Below are positions 28,797 through 39,294 of a stretch of DNA of 42,656 nt, piece by piece (position 1 is the first letter of the stretch; each line of letters begins with the position of its first letter). The notes under the pieces are model-generated. The model was given only the letters and a program-made list of their open reading frames with translations. It made no database searches and was not told where the DNA came from. Source of the DNA: Bacteroidetes bacterium ADurb.BinA174 (GTDB lineage Bacteria; Bacteroidota; Bacteroidia; Bacteroidales; Dysgonomonadaceae); NCBI GenBank assembly GCA_002069095.1, contig MVZJ01000001.1, positions 1-42,656 on the forward strand, in the 5' to 3' direction. A program made the position numbers and the translations under genes.

Positions 28797-28998
28797 TGAC
28801 TATCCGCAATACTTCCTAACGCCATGAAGTAGCAGTTTAACAGTTTAAGCTGGTTTTGGCTTCGCCGAAACTTCGTATTCAACCCGTCAATTCAATGTTA
28901 ATTCTTTAACCTAACGCGTTGCGTTGGGCTGAAACAACTTTCGGCGTAGCCAATTAAGTCGGGCTTGCAGCCTGTTTAGGAATAATTGCGGATAATCA
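28797..28998. mobile_element. MITE-like palindromic element with ~23-bp terminal inverted repeats
   Basis: TGACTATCCGCAATACTTCCTAA ... TTAGGAATAATTGCGGATAATCA (20/23 complementary), with internal nested inverted repeats. Confidence 0.7.
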
Positions 28999-28999
28999 A

Positions 29000-29308
29000 A
29001 TTTCGTTTTTTATTTCGTGGAATATTTCTGTTTGGTCTGACAATTTCTCATGTTCTCTCAACAATGCAATTAAAATCAACTGTTTACCGTTCAGATACGT
29101 GAAATTGACGTTTTTCACCTCGAAATTTTCCTGCACCATTTTCGCATACAAAACTTTTTATCACCGTAATGGAATTGACAATGTTAATCAATCCGTGATC
29201 TTTTCGTTCGAGTTGACCGCACAATTCGATATGGTATCCTTTCAGTCTTTTCGCCTGTCACTGGTTCACATAGAAACACAACGGCACAATTATTGATATT
29301 ATGAGTAA
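29000..29308 (-). pseudogene. ABC exporter (TMD+NBD) remnant
   Basis: Fragments IVPLCFYVNQ*QAKRLKG...INIVNSITVIKSF and ENFEVKNVNFTYLNGK (NBD start) in different frames. Confidence 0.5.
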
Positions 29309-29370
29309 TATTTTACTTATTTTCGAATAAAATGCTATCTTTGCAGCTTTATTTATTTCATTTTCACACA

Positions 29371-30558
29371 ATGATTGTTCTCAAAAAAAACAATGTACTT
29401 CTCCGTTTAGCCGATTTATTAACCGAAAACAAACCGGAAATTTTACTGAAAAACGAACTCGATATGAATTCGTTTTCCGATATGGATGAGTCGATGAAAG
29501 ACCGACTGAAAGTGGATGAGAGGAAAGTTGAAGGGATGATCCGTTCGCTTTGCGAAGTAGCTGCACAAGATGATCCCGAAGGGAAAATCCTGTACGATTT
29601 TACCCGCGAAGACGGATTGCACATTGTAAACCGGACGGTTCCGTTCGGAGCAATTCTTATTATTTACGAATCGCGTCCCGACGTAACCATCGAAGCTGCA
29701 GCTACCGCATTCAAAGCGGGAAACCGCATTTTACTGAAAGGTGGAAAAGAATCGTTCAACACAAATACGTATTTGACCGAATTATGGCAGCAGTCGTTAT
29801 CGGAAAACGGTTTCGAAAAAGATTTTGTGCAATACCTGAACTTATCGCGCGAAGAAACTCAGAAGCTTATTAAACAAAATACATATAACGTCGATATCAT
29901 CATCCCCCGCGGCGGAAACAATCTCATCAATTTCGTAACTGAAAACTCATCGGTTCCGGTGATTGTGAGCGGCCGCGGAAACAATTTTATGTATGTTGAC
30001 GACGATTGCGATACTGATATGGCTATTCGCCTAATTATCAACGGCAAAAAAAGGATAAGTGTCTGCAACGCTCTCGATAAAGTGCTGGTAAACAAAAATC
30101 TACCGAAATTATCGGATAAGATTTCTGATTTCGTATCGCAGCTTAAGAGCAAAGAGATTGTAGTTTGGGGTGATAAAAAAGCAGTTTCGGCAAGTAAAGG
30201 ACTTACAGAAATTAACGACGAAGCCGTTCTTTTCGAAGAATTTATGGCTCCGAAAATATATTTTTCGTTGGTTGATGATATGAACGAAGCCATTGAAAAG
30301 ATAAATCATTATTCGGGCGGTCATTCGGCGGTTATCGTAACCAATGATGCCAAAAAAGCCAACGTTTTTATGCAAAAAGTAGATTGCGCTGCCGTTTATC
30401 ACAACGCTTCCACCCGGTTTACCGATGGCGGACAATTCGGTGTGGGAGGTGAAATCGCCATCAGCACGCAGAAACTCCATTTTCGCGGCCCACTTAGTGC
30501 TCAGGAATTGGTTACCAACAAATGGTTCGTTTACGGAAAAGGGCAGATACGAGAGTAA
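29371..30558 (+). CDS. proA: Gamma-glutamyl phosphate reductase
   Basis: IIYESRPDVT, IPRGG, VCNALD, NASTRFTDG, STQKLHFRGP. TATCTTTG promoter at 29336-29343 argues for ATG 29371. Confidence 0.95.
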   Translation: MIVLKKNNVLLRLADLLTENKPEILLKNELDMNSFSDMDESMKDRLKVDERKVEGMIRSLCEVAAQDDPEGKILYDFTREDGLHIVNRTVPFGAILIIYESRPDVTIEAAATAFKAGNRILLKGGKESFNTNTYLTELWQQSLSENGFEKDFVQYLNLSREETQKLIKQNTYNVDIIIPRGGNNLINFVTENSSVPVIVSGRGNNFMYVDDDCDTDMAIRLIINGKKRISVCNALDKVLVNKNLPKLSDKISDFVSQLKSKEIVVWGDKKAVSASKGLTEINDEAVLFEEFMAPKIYFSLVDDMNEAIEKINHYSGGHSAVIVTNDAKKANVFMQKVDCAAVYHNASTRFTDGGQFGVGGEIAISTQKLHFRGPLSAQELVTNKWFVYGKGQIRE

Positions 30559-30614
30559 GGTTGAGATACTTGGCGACTTGGTGGAAGGGAGAAATTAGAA
30601 ATTTGCAGAAATTA

Positions 30615-30644
30615 AAAGTCCTCTTTTAGGAAGATTTAGTGGTC
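30615..30644 (-). repeat. CCCCTAAA/GGGACTT REP-like element, inverted relative to 31401-31429
   Basis: Reverse complement GACCACTAAATCTTCCTAAAAGAGGACTTT. Confidence 0.65.
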
Positions 30645-30645
30645 A

Positions 30646-31419
30646 ATGAAGAAAAAAATAATTATAAAAATAGGCACATCCACGCTCACAGCGGGAACAA
30701 ACCGTATATCGTTTGCGGTTATCGAAAGTTTGGCACGGCAGATTGTTGAACTGAAAAAAGAATACGACGTCGTTATTGTTTCATCGGGTGCCATTGCCAC
30801 GGCACGGCAATTCGTGGAAATTAACGGTTTCAATAAAAATGTGGATTCAAAACAGGCATTGGCAGCTATCGGTCAAACCAAGCTGATGGAATTATACGAC
30901 AATATCTTTCGCACTTTCGGACTGAATATCGCACAAATTTTGTTGACGTATCGAGATTTCGAGAACGAAACTGCCAACGAAAACACCCGAAACACCATCA
31001 ACAAGCTTTGGGAAGTGGATTACATCCCTATCGTGAACGAAAACGACACGGTTTCCATCGAAGAAATCGTGTTGGGAGATAACGACAAACTTTCAGCTCT
31101 GGTGGCCGTTATCACCAATGCCGACTTGCTTATTCTCGTGTCTGATATCGACGGCATTTACACCTGCAATCCGCACCTGCATCAGGATGCAGAACTGATA
31201 ACAAACGTTACCGAGCTCAACTCTATTTCCAATTTCATCGAAGAAAAAGAGTCAACTTTGGGAACGGGTGGAATGTCATCGAAAGTTCACGCAGCCGATA
31301 TCTGTATGAAGCACGGCGTGGAAATGTGGATCGTAAACGGGCAACGGGCTAATTATATAATAAAAGCGTTGAACGGCAGAATTCCGTTTACAAAATTTAC
31401 GACCCCTAAATCCCCCTAA
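30646..31419 (+). CDS. proB: Glutamate 5-kinase (no PUA domain)
   Basis: KIGTS, VSSGA, NENDTV, GDNDKLSA, GTGGM. Confidence 0.95.
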   Translation: MKKKIIIKIGTSTLTAGTNRISFAVIESLARQIVELKKEYDVVIVSSGAIATARQFVEINGFNKNVDSKQALAAIGQTKLMELYDNIFRTFGLNIAQILLTYRDFENETANENTRNTINKLWEVDYIPIVNENDTVSIEEIVLGDNDKLSALVAVITNADLLILVSDIDGIYTCNPHLHQDAELITNVTELNSISNFIEEKESTLGTGGMSSKVHAADICMKHGVEMWIVNGQRANYIIKALNGRIPFTKFTTPKSP

Positions 31420-31429
31420 AAGGGACTTC
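31401..31429 (+). repeat. REP-like element overlapping the proB stop
   Basis: GACCCCTAAATCCCCCTAAAAGGGACTTC. Confidence 0.7.
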
Positions 31430-31536
31430 AAGGGCTGAAAATAATGACAAGCAACCTACAATTCTCCCCTTTATCAAAAAGGGAAAGTGCCCGAAGGAAA
31501 GATTAAACATCAAACTTTAAACGTAAAACATTAAAT

Positions 31537-32313
31537 ATGAACTACGGTTTTATCGGTTTTGGAAATTTAGCCAAAGCTGTTTATCAAGGACTTAAAAGCA
31601 TTAACAACATACAATTTGCTTATTTCGCCCGAAACAAAAAGGAAGTGGATATTCCTTTTTTCAACAATATTGAAAACTTGGTTTCTTTTGCCGATGTTAT
31701 TTGGTTTGCCATCAAACCACAGGATATAAGAGGAATTCTGGAAAATTTACAACCGCTGAATCTTGAAGGGAAACTCATTGTTTCGCCTGTTGCAGGAAAA
31801 AGCATCGCTTTTATCGAAAGTTACTTGGGAAATGAGATTCCGATTGTTCGTATAATGCCCAACCTGGCTATAGCTTATCAGAAATCGGTTACGGCGTTTG
31901 CCACCAACCAGCCCGATAATCCGGCAACAGAAGAAATTTTTCAGATTCTTACAAAATTAGGTAAAGCCGTAAAATTAAGCGAAAAAGGATTCGACCTTTT
32001 TACATCGGTTTTCGGGAGCGGACCCGCATTTATCTTGGCATTTATCCAGATTTTTAAAGAAAAAATACGGGAATTCGACCTGCCGGGAAACGTTCTCGAT
32101 GAGCTTTTACTTGAACTCACACAAGGAACCACACTTTATTTTACCGAAAATCAGGCGAATTACAGCATCGAAGAACTCATTCAAAACATTACCAGCAAGG
32201 GAGGTACCACACAGGCCGGGCTTGATCATTTCCGCCACCACGAGATAGGAAAACACTTCGAAGGTGTACTGGATGCTGCACGAAACCGTTCGGAAGAAAT
32301 GAGTAAAAATTGA
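31537..32313 (+). CDS. proC: Pyrroline-5-carboxylate reductase
   Basis: GFIGFGN, RIMPN, GSGPAF, TSKGGTT. Confidence 0.94.
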   Translation: MNYGFIGFGNLAKAVYQGLKSINNIQFAYFARNKKEVDIPFFNNIENLVSFADVIWFAIKPQDIRGILENLQPLNLEGKLIVSPVAGKSIAFIESYLGNEIPIVRIMPNLAIAYQKSVTAFATNQPDNPATEEIFQILTKLGKAVKLSEKGFDLFTSVFGSGPAFILAFIQIFKEKIREFDLPGNVLDELLLELTQGTTLYFTENQANYSIEELIQNITSKGGTTQAGLDHFRHHEIGKHFEGVLDAARNRSEEMSKN

Positions 32314-32467
32314 ACATTTTTTATTCTTCGAAATAATTATTACGTTTTTGCTCGATTTTTTGTGTAAATTGTACCACGAAATCGGAACAAAAATCTTTTC
32401 TTTGCGTTTATAACAAAGAATTTCATTACCGAAAACAAGTGTGAACATACCACAAAATATATTTTAT

Positions 32468-33793
32468 ATGGCCAGCAAGAAAAATTTTATCATCGACACG
32501 AACGTGATTCTTCACGATTACAGTTTTATTGAAAATTTTGAAGAAAACGACATCTACATTCCGTTTGTAGTTCTGGAAGAACTCGACAAATTCAAAAAAG
32601 GTAACGAACAAATAAACTTCAACGCGCGGGCTTTCGTACGTGAACTCGATTTAATTACCGACGATAATTTGTTTAAATTAGGCGCCGAACTTGGCGTAGG
32701 ACGCGGAAAATTGTATATAGTGAACAACGTGAAAACGCACGATAAAATTGTTGAAGCATTTCCCGAGAGAACTCCCGATAATCGTATTCTATCCACCGTT
32801 TTGGATGTAATTGAAAAACATCCGAAAATGAAATCCATTTTGGTAACCAAGGATATCAACCTGCGAATGAAAGCGCGTTCCCTGGGTATTCCGGTGGAAG
32901 ATTACATCAACGACAAGGTAGTGGATATCGATGTTTTCAGACGAGGAGAACAAATTATCGAGGGTATTAATCCCGATCTAATTGATAAAATTTATGCACA
33001 ACCCATGGGAGTTGACGCTGATGAATTCACTTTTGACAATCCCCTTATCCCCAACGATTCTTTTGTATTAAAAAGCGAACGCAACAGTGTGTTAGCAAGA
33101 TACAACCCATTCACGCAAAAAATTATCCGCGTGGACAAGGAACCCAGTTTTGGGATTTCGCCTCGCAACGCAGAACAAACATTTGCTCTCGGTGTTTTAA
33201 ACGACCCCGACATCAAATTAGTCGGGATTACCGGAAAGGCGGGAACCGGAAAAACGTTGCTAGCTCTTGCTGCAGCACTGAAACAAAACAAGCAATACAC
33301 CCAAATCTTGCTGGCAAGACCAATTGTTTCGCTGTCCAATAAAGATTTGGGATACTTACCGGGTGACGAAAAACAAAAAATCGCTCCATACATGCAACCG
33401 TTGTTCGATAACCTGAACGTGATAAAATCGCAACTCGGCCCAAACAGCGCCGAACTTCGTTCCATCGACGAGATGCAGAAATCGGGGAAACTCGAAATCG
33501 AAGCGCTGGCTTTTATCCGCGGACGAAGTCTAAGTGAAACTTTTTGCATTGTGGATGAAGCACAAAACCTTACTCCGCACGAAGTAAAAACCATCATTAC
33601 GCGTGCGGGTGAAGGCACCAAAATGGTCTTCACTGGAGACTTACAGCAAATCGATTCGCCTTATCTCGATTCTCAATCCAACGGATTGGCGTATATGATC
33701 GACAAGATGAAAGGTCAGCATGTTTTTGCACACGTGAATTTGGTAAAAGGCGAACGAAGCGAGCTGTCGGAGTTGGCAAGTAATCTTTTATAG
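32468..33793 (+). CDS. PIN-PhoH family protein
   Basis: DTNV PIN motif, GKAGTGKT, RGRSL, DEAQN. Confidence 0.93.
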   Translation: MASKKNFIIDTNVILHDYSFIENFEENDIYIPFVVLEELDKFKKGNEQINFNARAFVRELDLITDDNLFKLGAELGVGRGKLYIVNNVKTHDKIVEAFPERTPDNRILSTVLDVIEKHPKMKSILVTKDINLRMKARSLGIPVEDYINDKVVDIDVFRRGEQIIEGINPDLIDKIYAQPMGVDADEFTFDNPLIPNDSFVLKSERNSVLARYNPFTQKIIRVDKEPSFGISPRNAEQTFALGVLNDPDIKLVGITGKAGTGKTLLALAAALKQNKQYTQILLARPIVSLSNKDLGYLPGDEKQKIAPYMQPLFDNLNVIKSQLGPNSAELRSIDEMQKSGKLEIEALAFIRGRSLSETFCIVDEAQNLTPHEVKTIITRAGEGTKMVFTGDLQQIDSPYLDSQSNGLAYMIDKMKGQHVFAHVNLVKGERSELSELASNLL

Positions 33794-33823
33794 ACAATAA
33801 GACAAAGATTAAAGAACAATGAC

Positions 33824-33859
33824 AAAAGCGCATTGCAAATTACTTGCAGTGCGTTTTTT
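33824..33859 (+). terminator. Intrinsic terminator
   Basis: AAAAGCGCATTGCAA-ATTAC-TTGCAGTGCGTTTTTT. Confidence 0.8.
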
Positions 33860-34045
33860 GTTGTTTAGTAAAATTCAAAAAATAACTTCATCAATGTTTG
33901 TTACCGGAAACCAGATAACTTTATGTTGGCTAAAACGGAAAAAGTTCGGTTGTTTTTGTCCGGATTGAACGACATTTTCTTAACTAAGGCGGTTTATTCG
34001 CATACAGTAAAGAATTCTCCGGAATCTTCGACTGTTAAGATGAGC

Positions 34046-34100
34046 CATTGAATTGTTGGGCTGAATACGAAGTATTGGCGAAGCCAAAACTAACTTAACA
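34046..34100 (+). repeat. Partial inverted copy of the 28.85-kb element arm
   Basis: CATTGAATTGTTGGGCTGAATACGAAGTATTGGCGAAGCCAAAAC matches the reverse complement of 28853-28897 at 40/45. Confidence 0.75.
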
Positions 34101-34319
34101 GTCTCCGGCCGGCAGCGGGTAGCTGCATTTTTTCGGCCAATAGCCAAAACCAATTACTAACAGTTCTTGATACTCAGTTTGATAAATTATTTTTTAACAT
34201 TACTTGATTTGAAAATTAACAGAACCATAAGACAAATAAATTTCGCACGATTACGCTTTGACATTTAATTATGAATTGTGTATTTTTGTAATTCCTATCA
34301 TAAATGATATAAAGTTTCT

Positions 34320-34721
34320 ATGAGCAATATTTTTGAATACAAATTAAAGGTACGCGATTACGAATGCGACGCGCAAGGACACGTAAACAACGCCAATTAT
34401 CAACACTATTTCGAAGTTACACGTCATGAGTTTTTAGAATCCGGCGGGTTGAACTTTTACCAATTGCACCAGCAAGGTATCGACGCGGTGGTAGCGCGTG
34501 TAGACATTCGATACAAAATTCCCCTTATCGGGATGGATGAGTTTATATGCACCGTAAAACAAATTGAGCGACAAAACGTGAAATATATTTTCCATCAGGA
34601 AATTTATCGTGTGTCGGACAATGCGCTGTGCGCGAAGGCGAAGATTGAAGTCGTAAATCTTGTAAACGGGAAACTCTCCAAACCGGAAGTGTTTGATAAG
34701 GCGTTTGCAGAATTTATTTAG
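34320..34721 (+). CDS. Acyl-CoA thioesterase (YbgC/4HBT family)
   Basis: VRDYECDAQGHVNNANY. Confidence 0.9.
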   Translation: MSNIFEYKLKVRDYECDAQGHVNNANYQHYFEVTRHEFLESGGLNFYQLHQQGIDAVVARVDIRYKIPLIGMDEFICTVKQIERQNVKYIFHQEIYRVSDNALCAKAKIEVVNLVNGKLSKPEVFDKAFAEFI

Positions 34722-35038
34722 ACTGAAAGAGCCAAGAACAAAGAGTAAAGACTTTCTTTGTTGAACTGTTGACAATTACTAAGAGAAAGATTGAATGAGA
34801 TTGAAGTAGAAGCTAATAAGAGTTTCCTCGCAGATTATCGCAGAAAAATTATCAGCGTTTATCGGCGAAATAAATCAGCCTCGCTCCCGTGCGAATCCTT
34901 TCGCATGGATAACAACCACACGATAGAATCGTACGGTAGCAGCGACAACTGTAAGAGAAAGATTGAAACAAAATTAACTCAGAACTCAAAACCCATAACT
35001 CAGAACTCGTACCCCACAACTCATAACTCACACCACAA

Positions 35039-36148
35039 ATGATTACCGATAAAACCCTTTACCAAATAGCCCTAACGCAAATAAACGGCGTAGGCGTAAT
35101 GCATGCACGAAATCTTGTGCAGGCGATGGGCGATGTGGAAGCGGTTTTTACCGAAAGTACACGAAAATTAGAACAAATCCCACGCATTTCGAAGCGATTA
35201 ATTGCCGAAATTAGGAGTTCCGAAGTAATGCGACGCGCCGAAAATGAACTAAACTTTATTATCAAAAACAACATAAAACCGCTCTTTTATACTAATGAAG
35301 AGTATCCGCAACGACTTACAAATTGTATCGACGCACCCATTTTACTGTATGTGAAAGGGGATTTAAACTTTAATCGTGAAAAAGTAGTTAGCATTGTCGG
35401 CACTCGAAACACCACACGATACGGACAAGAGTTTTGTCAAAAATTTGTCAAAGAGTTATCGGAACGATTTCCCGATTTACTTGTCATAAGCGGACTTGCC
35501 TACGGCATCGATATTTGCGCACATCGTGCGGCATTGCAAAATAATCTGTACACCGTCGCCGTGTTGGGACACGGATTAGACAGAATATACCCGTATGCGC
35601 ATCGCGATACCGCCATGGAAATGTTGGAAAAAGGAGCGTTGATTACCGAATTTCCAAGCGAAACCAACCCCGACAGGCACAACTTTGTACGCCGTAATCG
35701 CATCGTTGCAGGGATGACAGATGCCGTGGTGGTAGTTGAATCGGCGGAAAAAGGCGGCTCACTTATCACCGCTGACATCGCTAACTCCTATTTTAGGGAA
35801 GTATTTGCTGTCCCAGGCAGAGTTACCGATAAAACATTCGCCGGATGCAATCGGCTAATTGCTGACAACAAAGCCGTTTTATTACAAGAAACCGACGACT
35901 TCTTGCAACATATGGGATGGGACTCCGATAAAAAAGCGGCGCGACCCAAACAACGCGAATTGTTCCTAAATCTTACCGACGAAGAGGAGCGAATCTTCAA
36001 CGCGCTCAACAAAGTAGACTCCATGCAAGTAAACATGCTCGCAATCGAACTAAACACACCTGTATCGGAACTCTTTTTTACGCTGCTCGAGTTAGAAATG
36101 AAAAACATAGTACAAGCCTTGCCCGGAGGAATGTATAAATTGATGTAA
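35039..36148 (+). CDS. dprA: DNA-processing protein DprA
   Basis: IVGTR, SGLAYGID, RNRIVAG, GGSLITA, C-terminal wHTH. Confidence 0.96.
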   Translation: MITDKTLYQIALTQINGVGVMHARNLVQAMGDVEAVFTESTRKLEQIPRISKRLIAEIRSSEVMRRAENELNFIIKNNIKPLFYTNEEYPQRLTNCIDAPILLYVKGDLNFNREKVVSIVGTRNTTRYGQEFCQKFVKELSERFPDLLVISGLAYGIDICAHRAALQNNLYTVAVLGHGLDRIYPYAHRDTAMEMLEKGALITEFPSETNPDRHNFVRRNRIVAGMTDAVVVVESAEKGGSLITADIANSYFREVFAVPGRVTDKTFAGCNRLIADNKAVLLQETDDFLQHMGWDSDKKAARPKQRELFLNLTDEEERIFNALNKVDSMQVNMLAIELNTPVSELFFTLLELEMKNIVQALPGGMYKLM

Positions 36149-36219
36149 TGAAATCATTTTTCATTTCCATAAATGTGTTTATTTTTATATCTTTGGAGCA
36201 GTAAAATCTGTTTTCCGAG

Positions 36220-36834
36220 ATGATGAAGATAACAATTTGTACTTTTATAGCGATTTTTGTTGTTTTTCCGACATTGTTGATAGCTCAAACCGAAAGTAAT
36301 AAACCCTTTTTAAATATAGACCCAATCATTACTGTTAATACGGATTCGGACACCCAAAACGATAGCACCAAGTTAAATCGCATCCGAGAAAACTGGGGTA
36401 CATTTAATGAGTTAGGTCTTGTGGCAGGATACACAATTAACAGAAGAAATGGAAAAACGGGGATAGATAATCATATATTTGAGTTAGGTCTTTACAAATC
36501 AAGAAATTCTTATTATGCTGAACCCGCAGGATATTCGTATTATTTTGCAAATGAATTTATGTTCAATAAGGATTCTTTTTATATAGGTCCTAAAATTGGA
36601 GCATTTGCTCATATTTGGTTATTTTACTTGGGGGCGGAATTGGTTTATTATACTAATTTTAAGGGAGACGCATTACATTTAGTGCCTATTTTTGGCTTGG
36701 GGTATTCTCAACTAAAAATTGGTTTTGGATTACATATTCCACTTACAAACAATTTATTCGAGAAAACAAACGTTGCATCTATCGGATTTACATACCAGAT
36801 TAAAGAACTCAAAAAGAATAAAATAAAACATTAA
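36220..36834 (+). CDS. Hypothetical exported protein, possibly a small outer-membrane beta-barrel
   Basis: Signal peptide, alternating Gly/aromatic strands; TATCTTTG just upstream. Confidence 0.65.
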   Translation: MMKITICTFIAIFVVFPTLLIAQTESNKPFLNIDPIITVNTDSDTQNDSTKLNRIRENWGTFNELGLVAGYTINRRNGKTGIDNHIFELGLYKSRNSYYAEPAGYSYYFANEFMFNKDSFYIGPKIGAFAHIWLFYLGAELVYYTNFKGDALHLVPIFGLGYSQLKIGFGLHIPLTNNLFEKTNVASIGFTYQIKELKKNKIKH

Positions 36835-36846
36835 ACCAATATTAAA

Positions 36847-37302
36847 ATGACAATAGGTGATAAAATCCCTGAAATATTGGGAAAAGACCAAAACGGAAAC
36901 GAAATAAAAGCGAACGATTTCGCGGGTAAAAAACTGGCGTTGTATTTCTATCCCAAAGACAACACACCGGGCTGCACAGCACAAGCTTGCAGTTTACGCG
37001 ACGGCTACGCCGACTTAAAGAAAGCGGGCTATGAAATTGTAGGTGTAAGCATCGACAGCAAGGCATCGCACCAAAAATTTATCGAAAAATTCTCACTGCC
37101 TTTTCCGCTTATAGCCGATATCGATAAAAAACTCGTTCAAGAGTTTGGCGTATGGCAAGAAAAGAAAAACTACGGCAAAACCTATATGGGAACCGTACGC
37201 ACAACTTTTCTTATAGACGAAAACGGCATTATTCAACACATATTGGAAGGAAGAAAAGTGAATACGAAAAATCACGCGGAACAGATACTCGAATTAGAAT
37301 AA
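36847..37302 (+). CDS. bcp: Thioredoxin-dependent thiol peroxidase
   Basis: YFYPKDNTPGCTAQAC. Confidence 0.94.
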   Translation: MTIGDKIPEILGKDQNGNEIKANDFAGKKLALYFYPKDNTPGCTAQACSLRDGYADLKKAGYEIVGVSIDSKASHQKFIEKFSLPFPLIADIDKKLVQEFGVWQEKKNYGKTYMGTVRTTFLIDENGIIQHILEGRKVNTKNHAEQILELE

Positions 37303-37363
37303 CGCTTCGCGATAATAGTGATTTCTCAAATAAACAATTTCAGAGACAGATAACTCAATTAAA

Positions 37364-38020
37364 ATGATAAAAAAGAGAATAATATTTATTTTTTTACTCC
37401 CTATTTTTTCCTTTTCTATCTTTTCACAAGAAATAACTAAAAATAAGGATGAAAGTATTTCAATTAAGACTGACTCTGTAATTTTCCTTGATTCATCAGG
37501 AAACCTGTTAGAGAAAAGCACATTCCAAGATTCTTTAAACACAAATGAATATATTGTAGCAATAAAAAAATCATCCGCCTATTTGGAAATACAATTAAAG
37601 AAAAAATACTCAGACTTCCAATTAGGCAAAGAATTTCCCCTAATAGAATTAATAGATATTAATCAAAACATAATAAATATAAAGGAGAAAAAGCTAACTT
37701 TACTTACTTTTGGGGATATAACATGTAAGCCTTGTATTGAGGAAATTACAGCATTAAATATCTTAGCAAAAGAATATCCGGAGGTGAACTTTATCGCTAT
37801 AACATCGGCATCAAAGCAAAATATCAATAAGTTCCTTCAAGAAAAAGGTTTGGAATGGAATAACTTAATAATTAGTACCGACAATCAAGAATATTTTAAA
37901 AGTCTTAATATTCAAAACATTCCGCTCAATATCATCATTGATAGCAGTAGAAGAATAAAAGGAGTATTTATAGGGGAAAAAATAAGAGAAATTTTACTAT
38001 CTTTTGAAAACAAAAACTAA
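37364..38020 (+). CDS. Exported TlpA-like thioredoxin-fold protein
   Basis: Signal peptide, CKPC, NIP; very AT-rich. Confidence 0.8.
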   Translation: MIKKRIIFIFLLPIFSFSIFSQEITKNKDESISIKTDSVIFLDSSGNLLEKSTFQDSLNTNEYIVAIKKSSAYLEIQLKKKYSDFQLGKEFPLIELIDINQNIINIKEKKLTLLTFGDITCKPCIEEITALNILAKEYPEVNFIAITSASKQNINKFLQEKGLEWNNLIISTDNQEYFKSLNIQNIPLNIIIDSSRRIKGVFIGEKIREILLSFENKN

Positions 38021-38034
38021 AACAAAAATAAATT

Positions 38035-39048
38035 ATGGCAGAAGAAAAAGACAATAAAAACAGCGAAAAATTGAAAGCGCTTCGCGCAGCGATGGACAAA
38101 ATAGAAAAAACGTACGGCAAAGGCTCCATTATGAAAATGGGTGAAGAAAAAGTAGAAGAGGTATCGGTTATTTCCAGTGGCTCCATCGGGTTAAACGCTG
38201 CGCTGGGCGTTGGCGGATATCCACGGGGAAGAGTTATTGAAATTTATGGTCCCGAATCATCGGGAAAAACCACATTGGCCATTCACGCCATTGCCGAAGC
38301 ACAAAAAGCAGGCGGTGTAGCGGCATTTATCGATGCAGAGCACGCATTCGACCGATTTTATGCCGAAAAATTAGGAGTCGATACCGATAACTTGTTGATT
38401 TCTCAGCCCAGTAGTGGCGAAGAAGCGTTGGAAATTGCCGAACAACTGATTCGTTCATCGGCAGTGGATATTATCGTTATCGACTCGGTGGCTGCGCTTA
38501 CGCCCAAAAAAGAAATCGAAGGTGATATGGGCGACTCAAACGTGGGATTGCAGGCCCGATTGATGTCTCAGGCGTTGCGTAAACTTACCTCAACAATTGG
38601 TAAAACAAACACGACTTGTATTTTCATCAATCAGTTACGTGAAAAAATCGGAGTGATGTTCGGCAATCCCGAAACCACCACCGGCGGTAATGCACTGAAG
38701 TTTTACGCTTCGGTACGTTTGGATATTCGCCGCATCGGCCAGTTAAAAGACGGCGATGAGGTGCATGGAAGCCAAACCCGAGTGAAAGTGGTGAAAAATA
38801 AAGTAGCTCCGCCATTCCGTAAAGCGGAATTCGATATTATGTATGGCGAAGGAATTTCACGCGAAGGCGAAATTGTTGATTTAGGAGCGGAATTGAACGT
38901 GATTAAAAAAAGCGGCTCATGGTACAGCTACGGCGACTCAAAACTGGCTCAGGGACGCGATGCTACCAAATCGGTTATCAAAGATAATCCCGAGTTGGCA
39001 GACGAACTCGAAAAATTGATTTTCGAAGCTTTAAAAGAAAAGAAGTAA
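38035..39048 (+). CDS. recA: Recombinase A
   Basis: [26 protein letters not shown]; no intein. Confidence 0.98.
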   Translation: MAEEKDNKNSEKLKALRAAMDKIEKTYGKGSIMKMGEEKVEEVSVISSGSIGLNAALGVGGYPRGRVIEIYGPESSGKTTLAIHAIAEAQKAGGVAAFIDAEHAFDRFYAEKLGVDTDNLLISQPSSGEEALEIAEQLIRSSAVDIIVIDSVAALTPKKEIEGDMGDSNVGLQARLMSQALRKLTSTIGKTNTTCIFINQLREKIGVMFGNPETTTGGNALKFYASVRLDIRRIGQLKDGDEVHGSQTRVKVVKNKVAPPFRKAEFDIMYGEGISREGEIVDLGAELNVIKKSGSWYSYGDSKLAQGRDATKSVIKDNPELADELEKLIFEALKEKK

Positions 39049-39294
39049 AGTTTTATCCTCCACACTCCTCTTTTAAATGGAAAGGGGAGCGTGGAAAAGG
39101 ATATTTTACTTTCCTTATTTATAACCTTTAACGAAATTGTTTTTTAAACTCGAAACTCTTAACTTGACACTAAAGTAATGTTGAAAAGTAACCCTATAGT
39201 AGTTGAAAATGGATGAACTAACTTAAAAAGTTTTGCAAATTACCATAGAGATAGTTTTTTGCACACTCATTCCCAAATCCAAAATCGTAAATCG

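Noticed and set aside
33860-34045. Possible further pseudogene fragment
   Set aside because: No family recognisable in the frames I translated.
34791-35042. 83-aa ORF before dprA
   Set aside because: Read-through of repeat tracts (TQNSKPITQNS); the same applies to 25445-25732.
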